DNA of 64,000 bases from Promethearchaeati archaeon SRVP18_Atabeyarchaeia-1 (GTDB lineage Archaea > Asgardarchaeota > Atabeyarchaeia > Atabeyarchaeales > Atabeyarchaeaceae), in NCBI GenBank assembly GCA_037308085.1, contig CP147779.1:1120001-1184000 (forward strand), read 5' to 3'. This document shows, in pieces, positions 17,903 through 27,027 of the stretch. Numbering within the stretch: position 1 is the first letter of the stretch; the number at the start of each line of letters is the position of its first letter. The position numbers and the translations under genes were made by a program. The notes under the pieces were generated by a model, which worked only from the letters and a program-made list of their open reading frames with translations, did no database searches and had not been told where the DNA came from.

Positions 17903-19813
17903 CTAGATTTTTCTGGCGATTTCAGCTGCACCATGTACGGCATCCATTATCTTTCCACGCTTCGCCGCGTCTCCCACGACATAGGTCTCAGGGATCTTCC
18001 TTCTCAGATTCTCGAGGAGACTCGTGCTTGATACTGTACCCAGAGCAACGACAACGGTATCAGCTCTTTCCAGGTATCTGCCGCCTTCCTTCTCGTAGAC
18101 TGCTCCATCTTCGTTGATTTCAACAACCTTTGCCGATGTTATCAGCTCTCCTCCGAAGTCAGCGAATCTGTGTCTAACGTAGGAGTTGAAGGCTGGGATC
18201 ATTTCAGTTCCCACTTTTTTCATCTGCTCAATTATGGTAACCTTCTTGCCGTGTTCAGCAAGGTGATAGCCCGTCTCGAGGCCTATCTCTCCTCCACCTA
18301 GAATAGCGACCTTTTCACCCACATTCACTTTCCCTGCCAAGACATCTGTCGCGGGAACAACGTTCTCACCTTCAATACCAGGGATATCAGGAAGCGCTAA
18401 GATTGAACCCGTAGCCATACAAGCTACGTCCGGCGCCATGTCGTCAATCATAGATTCACTGACCTCTTCTGCCAAATGAATGTCTACCCCCAGTCTGTCA
18501 AGCTCATGTCTAAAGTAGGGAACTATGTTTTTCAGTTCGTACTTGTACGAGGGAGTTGAAGCCAGCAAAACCTGTCCACCGAGCTCATTATTCTGCTCAT
18601 AGAGCGACACGCGATGACCTCTCAACGCCGCTATTCTCGCAAATTCCATTCCACCAACCCCACCACCAATCACCAAAACCTTCTTGGGTTTCTGCGCAGC
18701 CTTGAACCGGAACTCATCTTCCCTCCCAACTGCAGCATTGAGGACGCAAGTCACAGGCTTGAAAAGAAAGAGCATGTTTATGCATCCCTCATTGCAGGCA
18801 ATGCAAGGCCTTATCTCCTCCAGCCTGTGCTCCATTGCTTTCCTTGGAAACTCCGGGTCGGCTATCAACGCTCTGCCAACAGAAACCAAGTCTGCATGAC
18901 CCTTCTCCACAATTTCCTCGGCAAGCCTGACATCATTTATCCTGCCCACGGCGATGACGGGTATATTAGCAACCTCTTTTATTCCCTGAGCCAAGGGCAC
19001 CATGAACCCTCTCGGTAGCCACATTGGTGCCGTTGACTCGCCATTCTTGGAGTCGTAGATTCCGCCCGAAACGTGAATCGCATCAACTCCCGCCTTCTCA
19101 ATAACTTGCGCAATTCTCTTGGCATCAGCCAAGACTAAGCCGCCCTCAAAGTAATCATCCCCGTTAATTCTGCAAATGATCGGAAAGCTTTCCCCAACTT
19201 TCTTCTTAATCGTGTGAATTATCTCCAACAGGAACCTTGTTCTGCCTAAGAAATCCCCGCCATACCTATCCTTCCTTAGGTTGGTAAGGGGAGATAAGAA
19301 CTGGTTAACGAGGTATCCGTGGGCAGCATGTATTTCCACAGTATCGAATCCCGCGTCCTTAATTCTTCTTGTCGCCTCACCGAAGGCATCGATGGTCTCC
19401 TCTATCTCTTTAAGGGTCAGCGGACGAGGCGTCTCTCTAATCAACAAGCAGGGAACATCAGAAGCCGAAACCGACTGCGCTCCTATAATTGCAGAAGGTC
19501 CTTGCCTGCCTCCATGAAAAAGCTGGATCGCCGCCTTAGCCCCCTCAGCGTGAATCGCTCCTGCAAGCTTGCTCAAACCTGGGATCTTATCATCGTTGGT
19601 GAGACTAATCTGGTTATTCAAGCCTCTGGCCAGAGGGTGAACGAAAGCACCCTCAACAATCACCAAGCCCACTCCGCCACGAGCGCGCTCCCGATAATAC
19701 TCGATCCCGCGTTGAGTTATCGAGCCATCTCCAGTCGCATAGTTTGTGTTCATCGGAGGCATTACGAGGCGGTTCCTAAGTTCCACACGTCCGATTCTTA
19801 CTGGTTCAAACAA
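17903..19813 (-). CDS. NADH:flavin oxidoreductase (Old Yellow Enzyme + FAD/FeS domain; 2,4-dienoyl-CoA reductase/BaiCD-like)
   Basis: RNRLVMPPM, HAAHGYL, CIACNEGC, GGGVGG, GGGEIG; start may lie 3 codons upstream (see findings). Confidence 0.92.
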   Translation of the reverse strand: MFEPVRIGRVELRNRLVMPPMNTNYATGDGSITQRGIEYYRERARGGVGLVIVEGAFVHPLARGLNNQISLTNDDKIPGLSKLAGAIHAEGAKAAIQLFHGGRQGPSAIIGAQSVSASDVPCLLIRETPRPLTLKEIEETIDAFGEATRRIKDAGFDTVEIHAAHGYLVNQFLSPLTNLRKDRYGGDFLGRTRFLLEIIHTIKKKVGESFPIICRINGDDYFEGGLVLADAKRIAQVIEKAGVDAIHVSGGIYDSKNGESTAPMWLPRGFMVPLAQGIKEVANIPVIAVGRINDVRLAEEIVEKGHADLVSVGRALIADPEFPRKAMEHRLEEIRPCIACNEGCINMLFLFKPVTCVLNAAVGREDEFRFKAAQKPKKVLVIGGGVGGMEFARIAALRGHRVSLYEQNNELGGQVLLASTPSYKYELKNIVPYFRHELDRLGVDIHLAEEVSESMIDDMAPDVACMATGSILALPDIPGIEGENVVPATDVLAGKVNVGEKVAILGGGEIGLETGYHLAEHGKKVTIIEQMKKVGTEMIPAFNSYVRHRFADFGGELITSAKVVEINEDGAVYEKEGGRYLERADTVVVALGTVSSTSLLENLRRKIPETYVVGDAAKRGKIMDAVHGAAEIARKI

Positions 19814-19960
19814 CTTGGTCGTTTGGCATTCCTCCGAGCATGCAGAAAACCAACTCTAGATTGGGCATCAGTTATATAAGTATGAAACAACGAAAAACAA
19901 CTCATAATAACCAATAAGATAAATCGATAAGGGAGAGCGGAAAAAACGAGCTTCCAATCT

Positions 19961-20254
19961 ATGATTAGAGGCCAGATCCTGAAAGCAGCCGTCATTGGAG
20001 GAATAGTCGTCTTCATCCTCACTGTTATTCTAGCGCTTGTCCTTGGAACCGTACTTATACCCACAGTCTTGGCAGACTACCTCATCATGTTTATTGTGAT
20101 TCTGCTGATATCAGGCTTTGTCGCGGGATTCATAGCAGTGTACCTGATAATGGGCATGGCCATTAAGCAGATGATAGCAATGTTCATGCCAGCTGCCAAG
20201 CCAGAGAAACCTGAGAAACCTGAGAAACCTGAGAAACCTGAGAAGAAGAAGTAG
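19961..20254 (+). CDS. Small membrane protein with (KPE)5 tail
   Basis: Two long hydrophobic segments followed by charged repeats. Confidence 0.7.
   Translation: MIRGQILKAAVIGGIVVFILTVILALVLGTVLIPTVLADYLIMFIVILLISGFVAGFIAVYLIMGMAIKQMIAMFMPAAKPEKPEKPEKPEKPEKKK
20198..20242 (+). repeat. 9-bp tandem repeat (AAACCTGAG) x5 encoding KPE
   Basis: Seen directly; first unit is AAGCCAGAG. Confidence 0.95.
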
Positions 20255-20423
20255 TGGCGGCCGGTACAAGAACTCTCTTCTGAGCTGCATGTATCAGGCA
20301 GGATAGCCATCGAATTCGACTAGACGTAGTCGGGGGAGAGATACGGATACTCTCCTTTGACCTATTTTTTATGCTTAATGTTTAAGTATGCGCTGAATCT
20401 CAGCACAGACAAGGCGATAAATC

Positions 20424-21479
20424 ATGCCAAAGAGTAGTTCATCGAGCTTGTCAGCGTTTGAAAGAGTGCGTTTAGCGATAGAGCTGAAGAAAACTGACAG
20501 GGTTCCAGTTGTTCCGGAAGCAACGTATGTCCTTGGAAAGCTTCTCAACGTGAAGTTCTCAGAGATCTCAAGAAGCGCAGAAAAGATGGCAAAGGTACTC
20601 ATACTGGGGCAAGAAGAGATAGGCTACGATGGCATCTATGTGGGATGGGAATCATCATTCAACTTGGTGGCTGAAGCCATGGGGTCCAAAATGAGGACAC
20701 TGGCAGACGGCGTACCGAGCATAGAAGATAATCTAGTGAAACAGGAATCTGACTTGGGCAAGGTGAAAATACCGAATCCGCAAAAGGATGGTCGGTTGCC
20801 TATACACCTTCAAGCGACGGAAATCATAAGAAAGAACGTCGGAGCAGACACCCCTATCTTCACCTACGTTCCAGGTCCACTTACGCTCTCAGGCATACTC
20901 CGCAAGACTGATCTTCTAATGATGGACTTACTGAAGAACCCCAGCTTGGTTCACGACCTGAACAAGATGACGACGGAAGCCTCCAAAGCTTTTGCATTGG
21001 CTAAGATTGAGAAGGGCGCAGACATAGTGGTTGCAGCAGATCCAACTGCCTCGACAACAATGATATCGCCCAAAATGTTCGAAGAGTTCTCGCTACCATA
21101 CCTTAAGGAGCTTCTGGGTGCCATATCCAAAGCCGGGGCAACGCCTTCGCTGCACATCTGCGGGCAGACAACCCCGATCCTAGAAAATATGCTGGAGACT
21201 GGGCCAAGGATACTTGAACTTGACTCTCAAGTAGATCTCCGCGAAGCAAAAAGCAGAGTGGGATCAAAGGTCTGCATTCAAGGCAACTTGAATCCCACAG
21301 GCGCTCTGCTTCGTGGAAGCACAGACGACGTTTTGAAAGAAGCCAAGGAATGCATCAATCGTGCGTCAATGGGAGGCGGCTATATACTGAGTAGCGGATG
21401 CGAGATTCCATACGAAGCCAGAATAGAGAACCTCAAAGCCTTGGTCAGAGCAGCCAAGACATTTGGAAAATACAGTTAA
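20424..21479 (+). CDS. URO-D family protein, MtaA/CmuA-like methyltransferase
   Basis: DRVPVVP, GPLT, DPTAS..ISP..F, LHICG, GNLNP, SSGCE (His-x-Cys...Cys Zn ligands). Confidence 0.85.
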   Translation: MPKSSSSSLSAFERVRLAIELKKTDRVPVVPEATYVLGKLLNVKFSEISRSAEKMAKVLILGQEEIGYDGIYVGWESSFNLVAEAMGSKMRTLADGVPSIEDNLVKQESDLGKVKIPNPQKDGRLPIHLQATEIIRKNVGADTPIFTYVPGPLTLSGILRKTDLLMMDLLKNPSLVHDLNKMTTEASKAFALAKIEKGADIVVAADPTASTTMISPKMFEEFSLPYLKELLGAISKAGATPSLHICGQTTPILENMLETGPRILELDSQVDLREAKSRVGSKVCIQGNLNPTGALLRGSTDDVLKEAKECINRASMGGGYILSSGCEIPYEARIENLKALVRAAKTFGKYS

Positions 21480-21561
21480 GAAAAGTGTAAAGACTTAAAT
21501 TGCCGAACAATAATCGGGAATCTGAGCCGAACGATAATAGAACAAAGGAGAATTGACAGTA

Positions 21562-21894
21562 ATGCTAATCAAGGTCAGAATAACACGCATAAACAGCTTT
21601 AAGTCACAAGGGGGAAAAGTGGGGAGACAAGTAGATTTCACCGAGGAGCAGAAGATCCAACAACCGATTTTTGCCTTATCCGACCAGGACCAGGCGCAGA
21701 CGGCAGGCGATTTTGCCGCTCTCATGGGACCGCTTATGAAGAGTTTCCAAGGAATGTTCCCAATGGCCATGCCAAGAATGAGCATTTGGCTTCTAGAGGA
21801 GGAAGTGGAGGAACTGGGCATACCACTGGAAGTCAACAGAGTCTACAACATGGAAATCGTTGGAGGAAGGATAAACCTTCAACCTGCGGACTGA
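21562..21894 (+). CDS. Arcadin-1-like protein
   Basis: Resembles Thermoproteales arcadin-1 as recalled: VDFTEE..Q.P, PRMSIWLLEEEVEELG..LEVNRVYNMEI..GRI. Confidence 0.65.
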   Translation: MLIKVRITRINSFKSQGGKVGRQVDFTEEQKIQQPIFALSDQDQAQTAGDFAALMGPLMKSFQGMFPMAMPRMSIWLLEEEVEELGIPLEVNRVYNMEIVGGRINLQPAD

Positions 21895-22057
21895 GAAAGT
21901 CCCGCTTCACAAGTGCGGCTTTCCGTCTCAGAATGTGAGTTGAGACTCCAACACTCTTATAGCTCACACATGGCACTAGTTGTGCATCTTAGGCCGGTCT
22001 TGGCAAGTTGCGGAGATCGCCGGCGCCCGTTTGCTCAAGTAGAAGAGGTTATCCGAA

Positions 22058-22522
22058 ATGAAGGTAATAGGCATCGTTTTTGAGAAGCTTGAAGGCGAAA
22101 GGAACGTGGGATTTGAAGAGCAGTTTCCAATGATCAAGAGCGTAGGAAACAACGTTAGGATAAAGTCGATCCAGAAAACTTCTCTCCCGATTCCTTCAGG
22201 CACATTCGAGGCTGTGAGGGTCGGGTTTACTTTTCAGTGCATCTATGATCCTAACGTTGCATCGATCCGCATCGAAGGATACATTCTTTGTGAAGCTTCG
22301 AAGGATGAGCAAGAAAAGATTATGTCTTCCTGGAAGACCCGAAGGGACTTGCCCCCAGAATTGGCTCCGATGCTTATTGGTCCCATCATTATGAAATGCT
22401 TGGTGAAGGCAGCAGGGCTGTCAGACGACCTCCAAGTTCCGCCACCTATCCCTCCTCCCCCGATGCCCAGACCTGAAAACAAGGGTAGGAATGAGAAGGA
22501 AGGGGAGAGCTATATCGCCTAG
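22058..22522 (+). CDS. Conserved archaeal hypothetical protein (possible SecB-like fold)
   Basis: F.F...Y.P.VASIRIEG, W....LP, LSDDLQVPPPIP signature. Confidence 0.6.
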   Translation: MKVIGIVFEKLEGERNVGFEEQFPMIKSVGNNVRIKSIQKTSLPIPSGTFEAVRVGFTFQCIYDPNVASIRIEGYILCEASKDEQEKIMSSWKTRRDLPPELAPMLIGPIIMKCLVKAAGLSDDLQVPPPIPPPPMPRPENKGRNEKEGESYIA

Positions 22523-23454
22523 TTCTCGTCAGAACCAGTTGCCCGACCTGCCGGAAATCTCGTGATTACTTTAGAGAAGTAGCTGATCTTCCCCAGGAAC
22601 TTGAATCCAATGCCGGCAAGTCTCTCTCTAGAAAAACTCCTGTCGGCGTCAATCACCACATAATCACACTTCTTCTTCGAAACGATCCTGACGGCTTCCG
22701 ATACTAGAGCTCCTGCTATAGCAGACCTATCCCTGAGATCTGGCAGAACGCTCAGCCTATCCAGGTAGCCCACATTCCTACAAATTGAGTATCCAATTGT
22801 TCCTACCGCTGACCCCGCATAATGGACGAGTAATCTTGCCAGATCATCCTCCTGTATCGTTCCGTAAGGCGTCTCGGAATGAACTTGTCTCCTGCACTCT
22901 TCGAAGGGTCTGGATGTGGTCGCTGCAAGATAAAGCGCGCGCCAGTTGAGGAGGGAGTCGGTAGCAGTGACCCTGAACGTTTCATCTGGTGCCTTAGACA
23001 CGCCTTTATGCTTTGGCACCTCCAGAAGCATTCTGTCCCTAACCGTTTCGGCAAAGCCCCGTCCTCTCAGAACTGTCTTGAGTGAGCCCGAATGCATTCC
23101 CTCAACATATTTGGCCTCTAGGTCTGGTGCTCTTCTGGAGTTTAGAAGAGCAAGGACATAATCGACCAGCAACTGAATTGCTGCATCATCATTCCTGGTT
23201 GTGTGAATGAGAAGTATCTCGGTCCTCAGAGGCTCCGTAGACAACGCTAGTACGCAGCAACCGATTGCACCCCGTTCCTCAACCGCGAGCAGAAACCTCG
23301 CTTCCCGCCCTATAATGCTAGGCAGTTTCTCATCAGGAAAGACAATGTCGGCAAATGGGGCCGTTAGGCTGCTCGGAACTTTCTTGCGGAAATCTTGGAT
23401 GATGCCGTGGCAAGAATGCAGGTTGGATGGAATCACTCTCACGGTTGACGTCAA
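22519..23454 (-). CDS. Tandem GNAT-fold acetyltransferase
   Basis: Two GNAT-like halves; LSVLPDLRDR..AGALV, GF motifs. Confidence 0.65.
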   Translation of the reverse strand: MTSTVRVIPSNLHSCHGIIQDFRKKVPSSLTAPFADIVFPDEKLPSIIGREARFLLAVEERGAIGCCVLALSTEPLRTEILLIHTTRNDDAAIQLLVDYVLALLNSRRAPDLEAKYVEGMHSGSLKTVLRGRGFAETVRDRMLLEVPKHKGVSKAPDETFRVTATDSLLNWRALYLAATTSRPFEECRRQVHSETPYGTIQEDDLARLLVHYAGSAVGTIGYSICRNVGYLDRLSVLPDLRDRSAIAGALVSEAVRIVSKKKCDYVVIDADRSFSRERLAGIGFKFLGKISYFSKVITRFPAGRATGSDEN

Positions 23455-23671
23455 CCACCTGTCGATTTGATCTCAGAGCAGACCCGTATTAAGACGCCAG
23501 ACTGTAACTCGCAGAAAGTTCGCAACCTTCAGAGAGGAAGCTTCATATTCGCCATCCACTATACAAATATGACAATATTAGGTTTAGGTAGATGGACAAG
23601 AGAAGTCACTGTCCTGCAGGATTTCTTTGGATGGGACTTCGGAACACGTTCAGATGGACGCTGGGATCACG

Positions 23672-24157
23672 ATGTCGCGCGGATCGAAAGCCGAGCATTG
23701 GGAGATAGTCAGGCAGACACCCCCTGTCGACAAGAAGATCGCCGTGCTAGTTGATGGTCCCAACATGCTTCGGAAGGAGTTTAACGTCAAGCTCGAGTAT
23801 ATTAGGGAACCTGTTGAGACTCTTGGGAATATCGTAACCGCCAAGGTCTTCCTCAACACTTTCGCCACTGATCGGCTACTGGAGGCGATAGCAAACAGCG
23901 GGTTCACGCCCGTAGTGACCGCAACTGACATCTACACCACGATGGCGGTAGAGGCAATGGAAGTCATAGCGACCCGCAGGGTAAACACTCTTGCTATAGC
24001 GAGCCGACATGCGAGATGCGCTCCGATCATCCGTAAGGCAAAAGAGAAAGGCGTGGAAAGCATAGTAATTGGTTTCGAGCCAGGATTCAGCACAGCCCTG
24101 CAAAACGCCTCGGATTACGTGATAAAAATAGTGACCGGCGCTGAGCAGCCAAAGTAG
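23672..24157 (+). CDS. NYN/DUF88 (TIGR00288-like) protein with degenerate active site
   Basis: VDGPNMLRKEF, MAVEAME, GFEPGFSTALQNASD. Confidence 0.85.
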   Translation: MSRGSKAEHWEIVRQTPPVDKKIAVLVDGPNMLRKEFNVKLEYIREPVETLGNIVTAKVFLNTFATDRLLEAIANSGFTPVVTATDIYTTMAVEAMEVIATRRVNTLAIASRHARCAPIIRKAKEKGVESIVIGFEPGFSTALQNASDYVIKIVTGAEQPK

Positions 24158-24195
24158 CTACCACTGCCTCACTTGGCGCGGAAGGGCAGGCGATT

Positions 24196-24921
24196 CTATT
24201 GTTTGGTCTTTGTCTTCTCTGCGTACTTCCTTATTTCTTCCTTCTCGAGCTTCACATATTTCCTATCTTCTGCTGAGACATACGCTATTTCCAGCTTCTC
24301 AGGAGGCAACGTCTCTTTGATTCCACTTGTCAGTGCTTTCAAGCCAAGTCCTATAGCCTCATCTCTCGACAAGTCGGCGTTGTAGTTCTTCTCAAAGTAC
24401 TCTCTTGCGGCGTCAGCCCCTCTTCCAATAGTTGACGCTTTCCAATTCCAGTAACTTCCACTGGGAAAAGTGGTAAACAACTGCGGACCAGTCTCGTCAA
24501 CGCCAGCTAACATTAGGGCTACTCCAAATGGCCTAACTCCGGCCTGTTGGGTGTATTGTTGCATAAGGTCACAGAGTCGCCTGGTAAGAGTTTCAACTGA
24601 TATGGCCTCATCATAAGTCAACCTGTTGACTTGCGCCTGAACCCTCGCATAATCTACCAGACGCCTTGCGTCGGCTTGAAGCCCTGCAATTGAAGCGATA
24701 ACGTGATTGTCGATTGGATATATCTTCGTGTTGTCACCTGGCTCCATCAACTGCTCGAGCTTGTTCTCCGCGATTATTATGACGTCACTCTTGATCTTGA
24801 CGCCCACAGCTATCGTGCCACGGCGTATCGCCTCAACGGCGTACTCGACCTGGAAAAGCCTTCCGTCCGGACTGAAAACTGTTATGGCACTATCATAACC
24901 CACGCCTGGAGGTCCAAACAT
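24196..24921 (-). CDS. psmA: 20S proteasome alpha subunit
   Basis: YDSAITVFSPDGRLFQVEYA, RPFGVAL. Confidence 0.96.
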   Translation of the reverse strand: MFGPPGVGYDSAITVFSPDGRLFQVEYAVEAIRRGTIAVGVKIKSDVIIIAENKLEQLMEPGDNTKIYPIDNHVIASIAGLQADARRLVDYARVQAQVNRLTYDEAISVETLTRRLCDLMQQYTQQAGVRPFGVALMLAGVDETGPQLFTTFPSGSYWNWKASTIGRGADAAREYFEKNYNADLSRDEAIGLGLKALTSGIKETLPPEKLEIAYVSAEDRKYVKLEKEEIRKYAEKTKTKQ

Positions 24922-25137
24922 ATCTCAACACCTAGACTCGTGAAACATGAATTCTACAGAGAAGCAGAGCACCTTACTAGAATAGCTTCCCAAAGGATGA
25001 CATTTTGTTCTTAAGAGTGAGCGAATATTTAAATGTCGTGGTGTCGCGCTCAACCAAGGTGATGAGGTTGCCAAAGGGGGCTAAACAGTGAAAATCTTTA
25101 ATTGGTTGAATGTCAACTAGTTGATAGGCTGATTATT

Positions 25138-25794
25138 ATGAGATACCATCTTCTCACCTGGGACGAGTGCTACAGACAGGCCAAAGAAGTCGCACGATTG
25201 ATAAGAAGAAGCGGGTTCTATCCTGAAGTGATAATTGCCCTTGCAAGGAGTGGGTTTGTTCCTGGTCGGATTCTGTCAGATCTACTCTCAGTCGATGATT
25301 TGGAGGGGCTACAAGTCCACCATGTGCTCAGTAGCGAACTGCCGGGAGAAGTTGAAGTAGAGAGCGAGTACGAGGCGGTAATCCCTTACAAAGCCCCGCT
25401 AGACATAAAAGGTGAAAGCACGCTCGTTGTCGATGACATTGCTGGAACAGGCAAGAGCATGACTGCTGCAGTTCAGTATCTTGAGTCACTAAAGCCAAAA
25501 GCTCTGAAGTCCGCTTCACTTGGATACTCAACAGAATCGATCATAAGGCCAGATTTCTTTGCCATGACAATAGGCGAAGATGATTGGCTGCTTTATCCCT
25601 GGAACTACTTTGAGGACTTTGAGGACATTATCATAAGAACGCAAAAGAAAACAAAGCGGCGAGATATGAGCCCTGAAGCCCTATCGAAGGCGATCGAGGA
25701 ACACTTTGGCATAACCCTTCCAATCGAGGAACTGAGATACGTAATGGGCGAAGCCAAAATACCTCATCCCGCCAAGCGCACCAAGCAGGAGTAA
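25138..25794 (+). CDS. Type I phosphoribosyltransferase (purine PRTase-like)
   Basis: IALARSG, LVVDDIAGTGKS, WLLYPW. Confidence 0.88.
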   Translation: MRYHLLTWDECYRQAKEVARLIRRSGFYPEVIIALARSGFVPGRILSDLLSVDDLEGLQVHHVLSSELPGEVEVESEYEAVIPYKAPLDIKGESTLVVDDIAGTGKSMTAAVQYLESLKPKALKSASLGYSTESIIRPDFFAMTIGEDDWLLYPWNYFEDFEDIIIRTQKKTKRRDMSPEALSKAIEEHFGITLPIEELRYVMGEAKIPHPAKRTKQE

Positions 25795-25860
25795 GAGGGG
25801 CACTCTTCGGACCAACAACTCTTTGTGCTACTCCCATCGTCTTAGTGTACCCTGCAAGTT

Positions 25861-26010
25861 GTGAAGCGAGACGTCAGGGAGCTTATCAAAGGCTCCCCAG
25901 AGACCGCCCTCATCTAATAGAGAGACGCCTATGCGATAGACTTAGAATCGGAGATCCTCCACATCGCACCTTACGGAAGGAAAAAGGCATGGCTTATCTT
26001 GCACGGCATT
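25861..26010 (+). pseudogene. Decayed 5' fragment of an AlaX paralog
   Basis: Translates VKRDVRELIKGSPETALI**RDAYAIDLESEILHIAPYGRKKAWLILHG, colinear with the N-terminus of the intact AlaX downstream. Confidence 0.75.
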
Positions 26011-26207
26011 TCACGCCGCGTCTTCTTTTTCTTGAGCTGTGGCAACTATGATGTCAAACTCCACTTTGGCTTCAACAAGAGGGAAACGATGTAGTACTCG
26101 GCGACAAAGTAAGGACAGGCTAATATACTAATCATTGTTTCAAAGCTTATTTATCGAATTGATGCAGGGAACATTAACAAGTGCGCCGAATAGTGTTCTC
26201 CGTGGAG

Positions 26208-26990
26208 ATGACTACATTGGATCTTCTGAAGGTTGTTGAGGGCTTACCCAAGACGGAACTTGTTTACTGGAGGGATTCCTATGTTAAGAGCTTCGAAGCC
26301 GAGGTTCTCAGGGTCGTACCCGACGGTAAGAAGAAGGCGTACCTCATTCTGGGAAAAACAATCTTTCATTACAAAGGTGGTGGGCAGCCGTCAGATTCGG
26401 GGAATTTGATGACCACCTCTGGCACGAGCTTCAGCGTCAAGAAGGTCATGGCTGCGAACGAAGTTGTGGTGCATTATGGCTTTATTGATGAGGGAGGGCT
26501 TGACCAGCTGAATACAGGGACGAGGGTGAAAGGTGAGATAAACTGGAGCGACAGGTACTCCGCAATGAGGAAGCATACGGCAGGACACCTACTCGACCAC
26601 TGCTTGGATACGGCGACTGGGCGGTCTCCGAGAACAATCGACTCTTGGCTCGGCGATCCGAGCTATGTCACATATGCTGGTCAAATGCCAAGCCCGGTGG
26701 AGATCGATAAGGCAATCGGGCTTGAGATTGAAAGCATCAAACGAGGGCTCCCCGTTAGAATTGATTTCGTATCTTATGAGGAGATGCTACGGGTCGCCGC
26801 AGATGCGCCTAACATAGCTAGGCTCCCTCAGTCGGACTTGATGAGAATTGTGACGATCGAGGGCTGCAAACCAATACCTTGTGGTGGAACCCACGTTAGC
26901 AACACCAGAGAAATCGGAAGGTTCGAACTGAGAAAATTCGAAGTAGTCGATGACGGTAGGAGTTTCAGAGTGTACTACAACTTGATATAA
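26208..26990 (+). CDS. alaX: Ala-tRNA trans-editing protein AlaX (AlaX-M)
   Basis: FHYKGGGQPSD, HTAGH, CGGTH. Confidence 0.92.
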   Translation: MTTLDLLKVVEGLPKTELVYWRDSYVKSFEAEVLRVVPDGKKKAYLILGKTIFHYKGGGQPSDSGNLMTTSGTSFSVKKVMAANEVVVHYGFIDEGGLDQLNTGTRVKGEINWSDRYSAMRKHTAGHLLDHCLDTATGRSPRTIDSWLGDPSYVTYAGQMPSPVEIDKAIGLEIESIKRGLPVRIDFVSYEEMLRVAADAPNIARLPQSDLMRIVTIEGCKPIPCGGTHVSNTREIGRFELRKFEVVDDGRSFRVYYNLI

Positions 26991-27027
26991 ATGACCTTCA
27001 GGCATCTTCACAGAACTGTGCGTCAAA

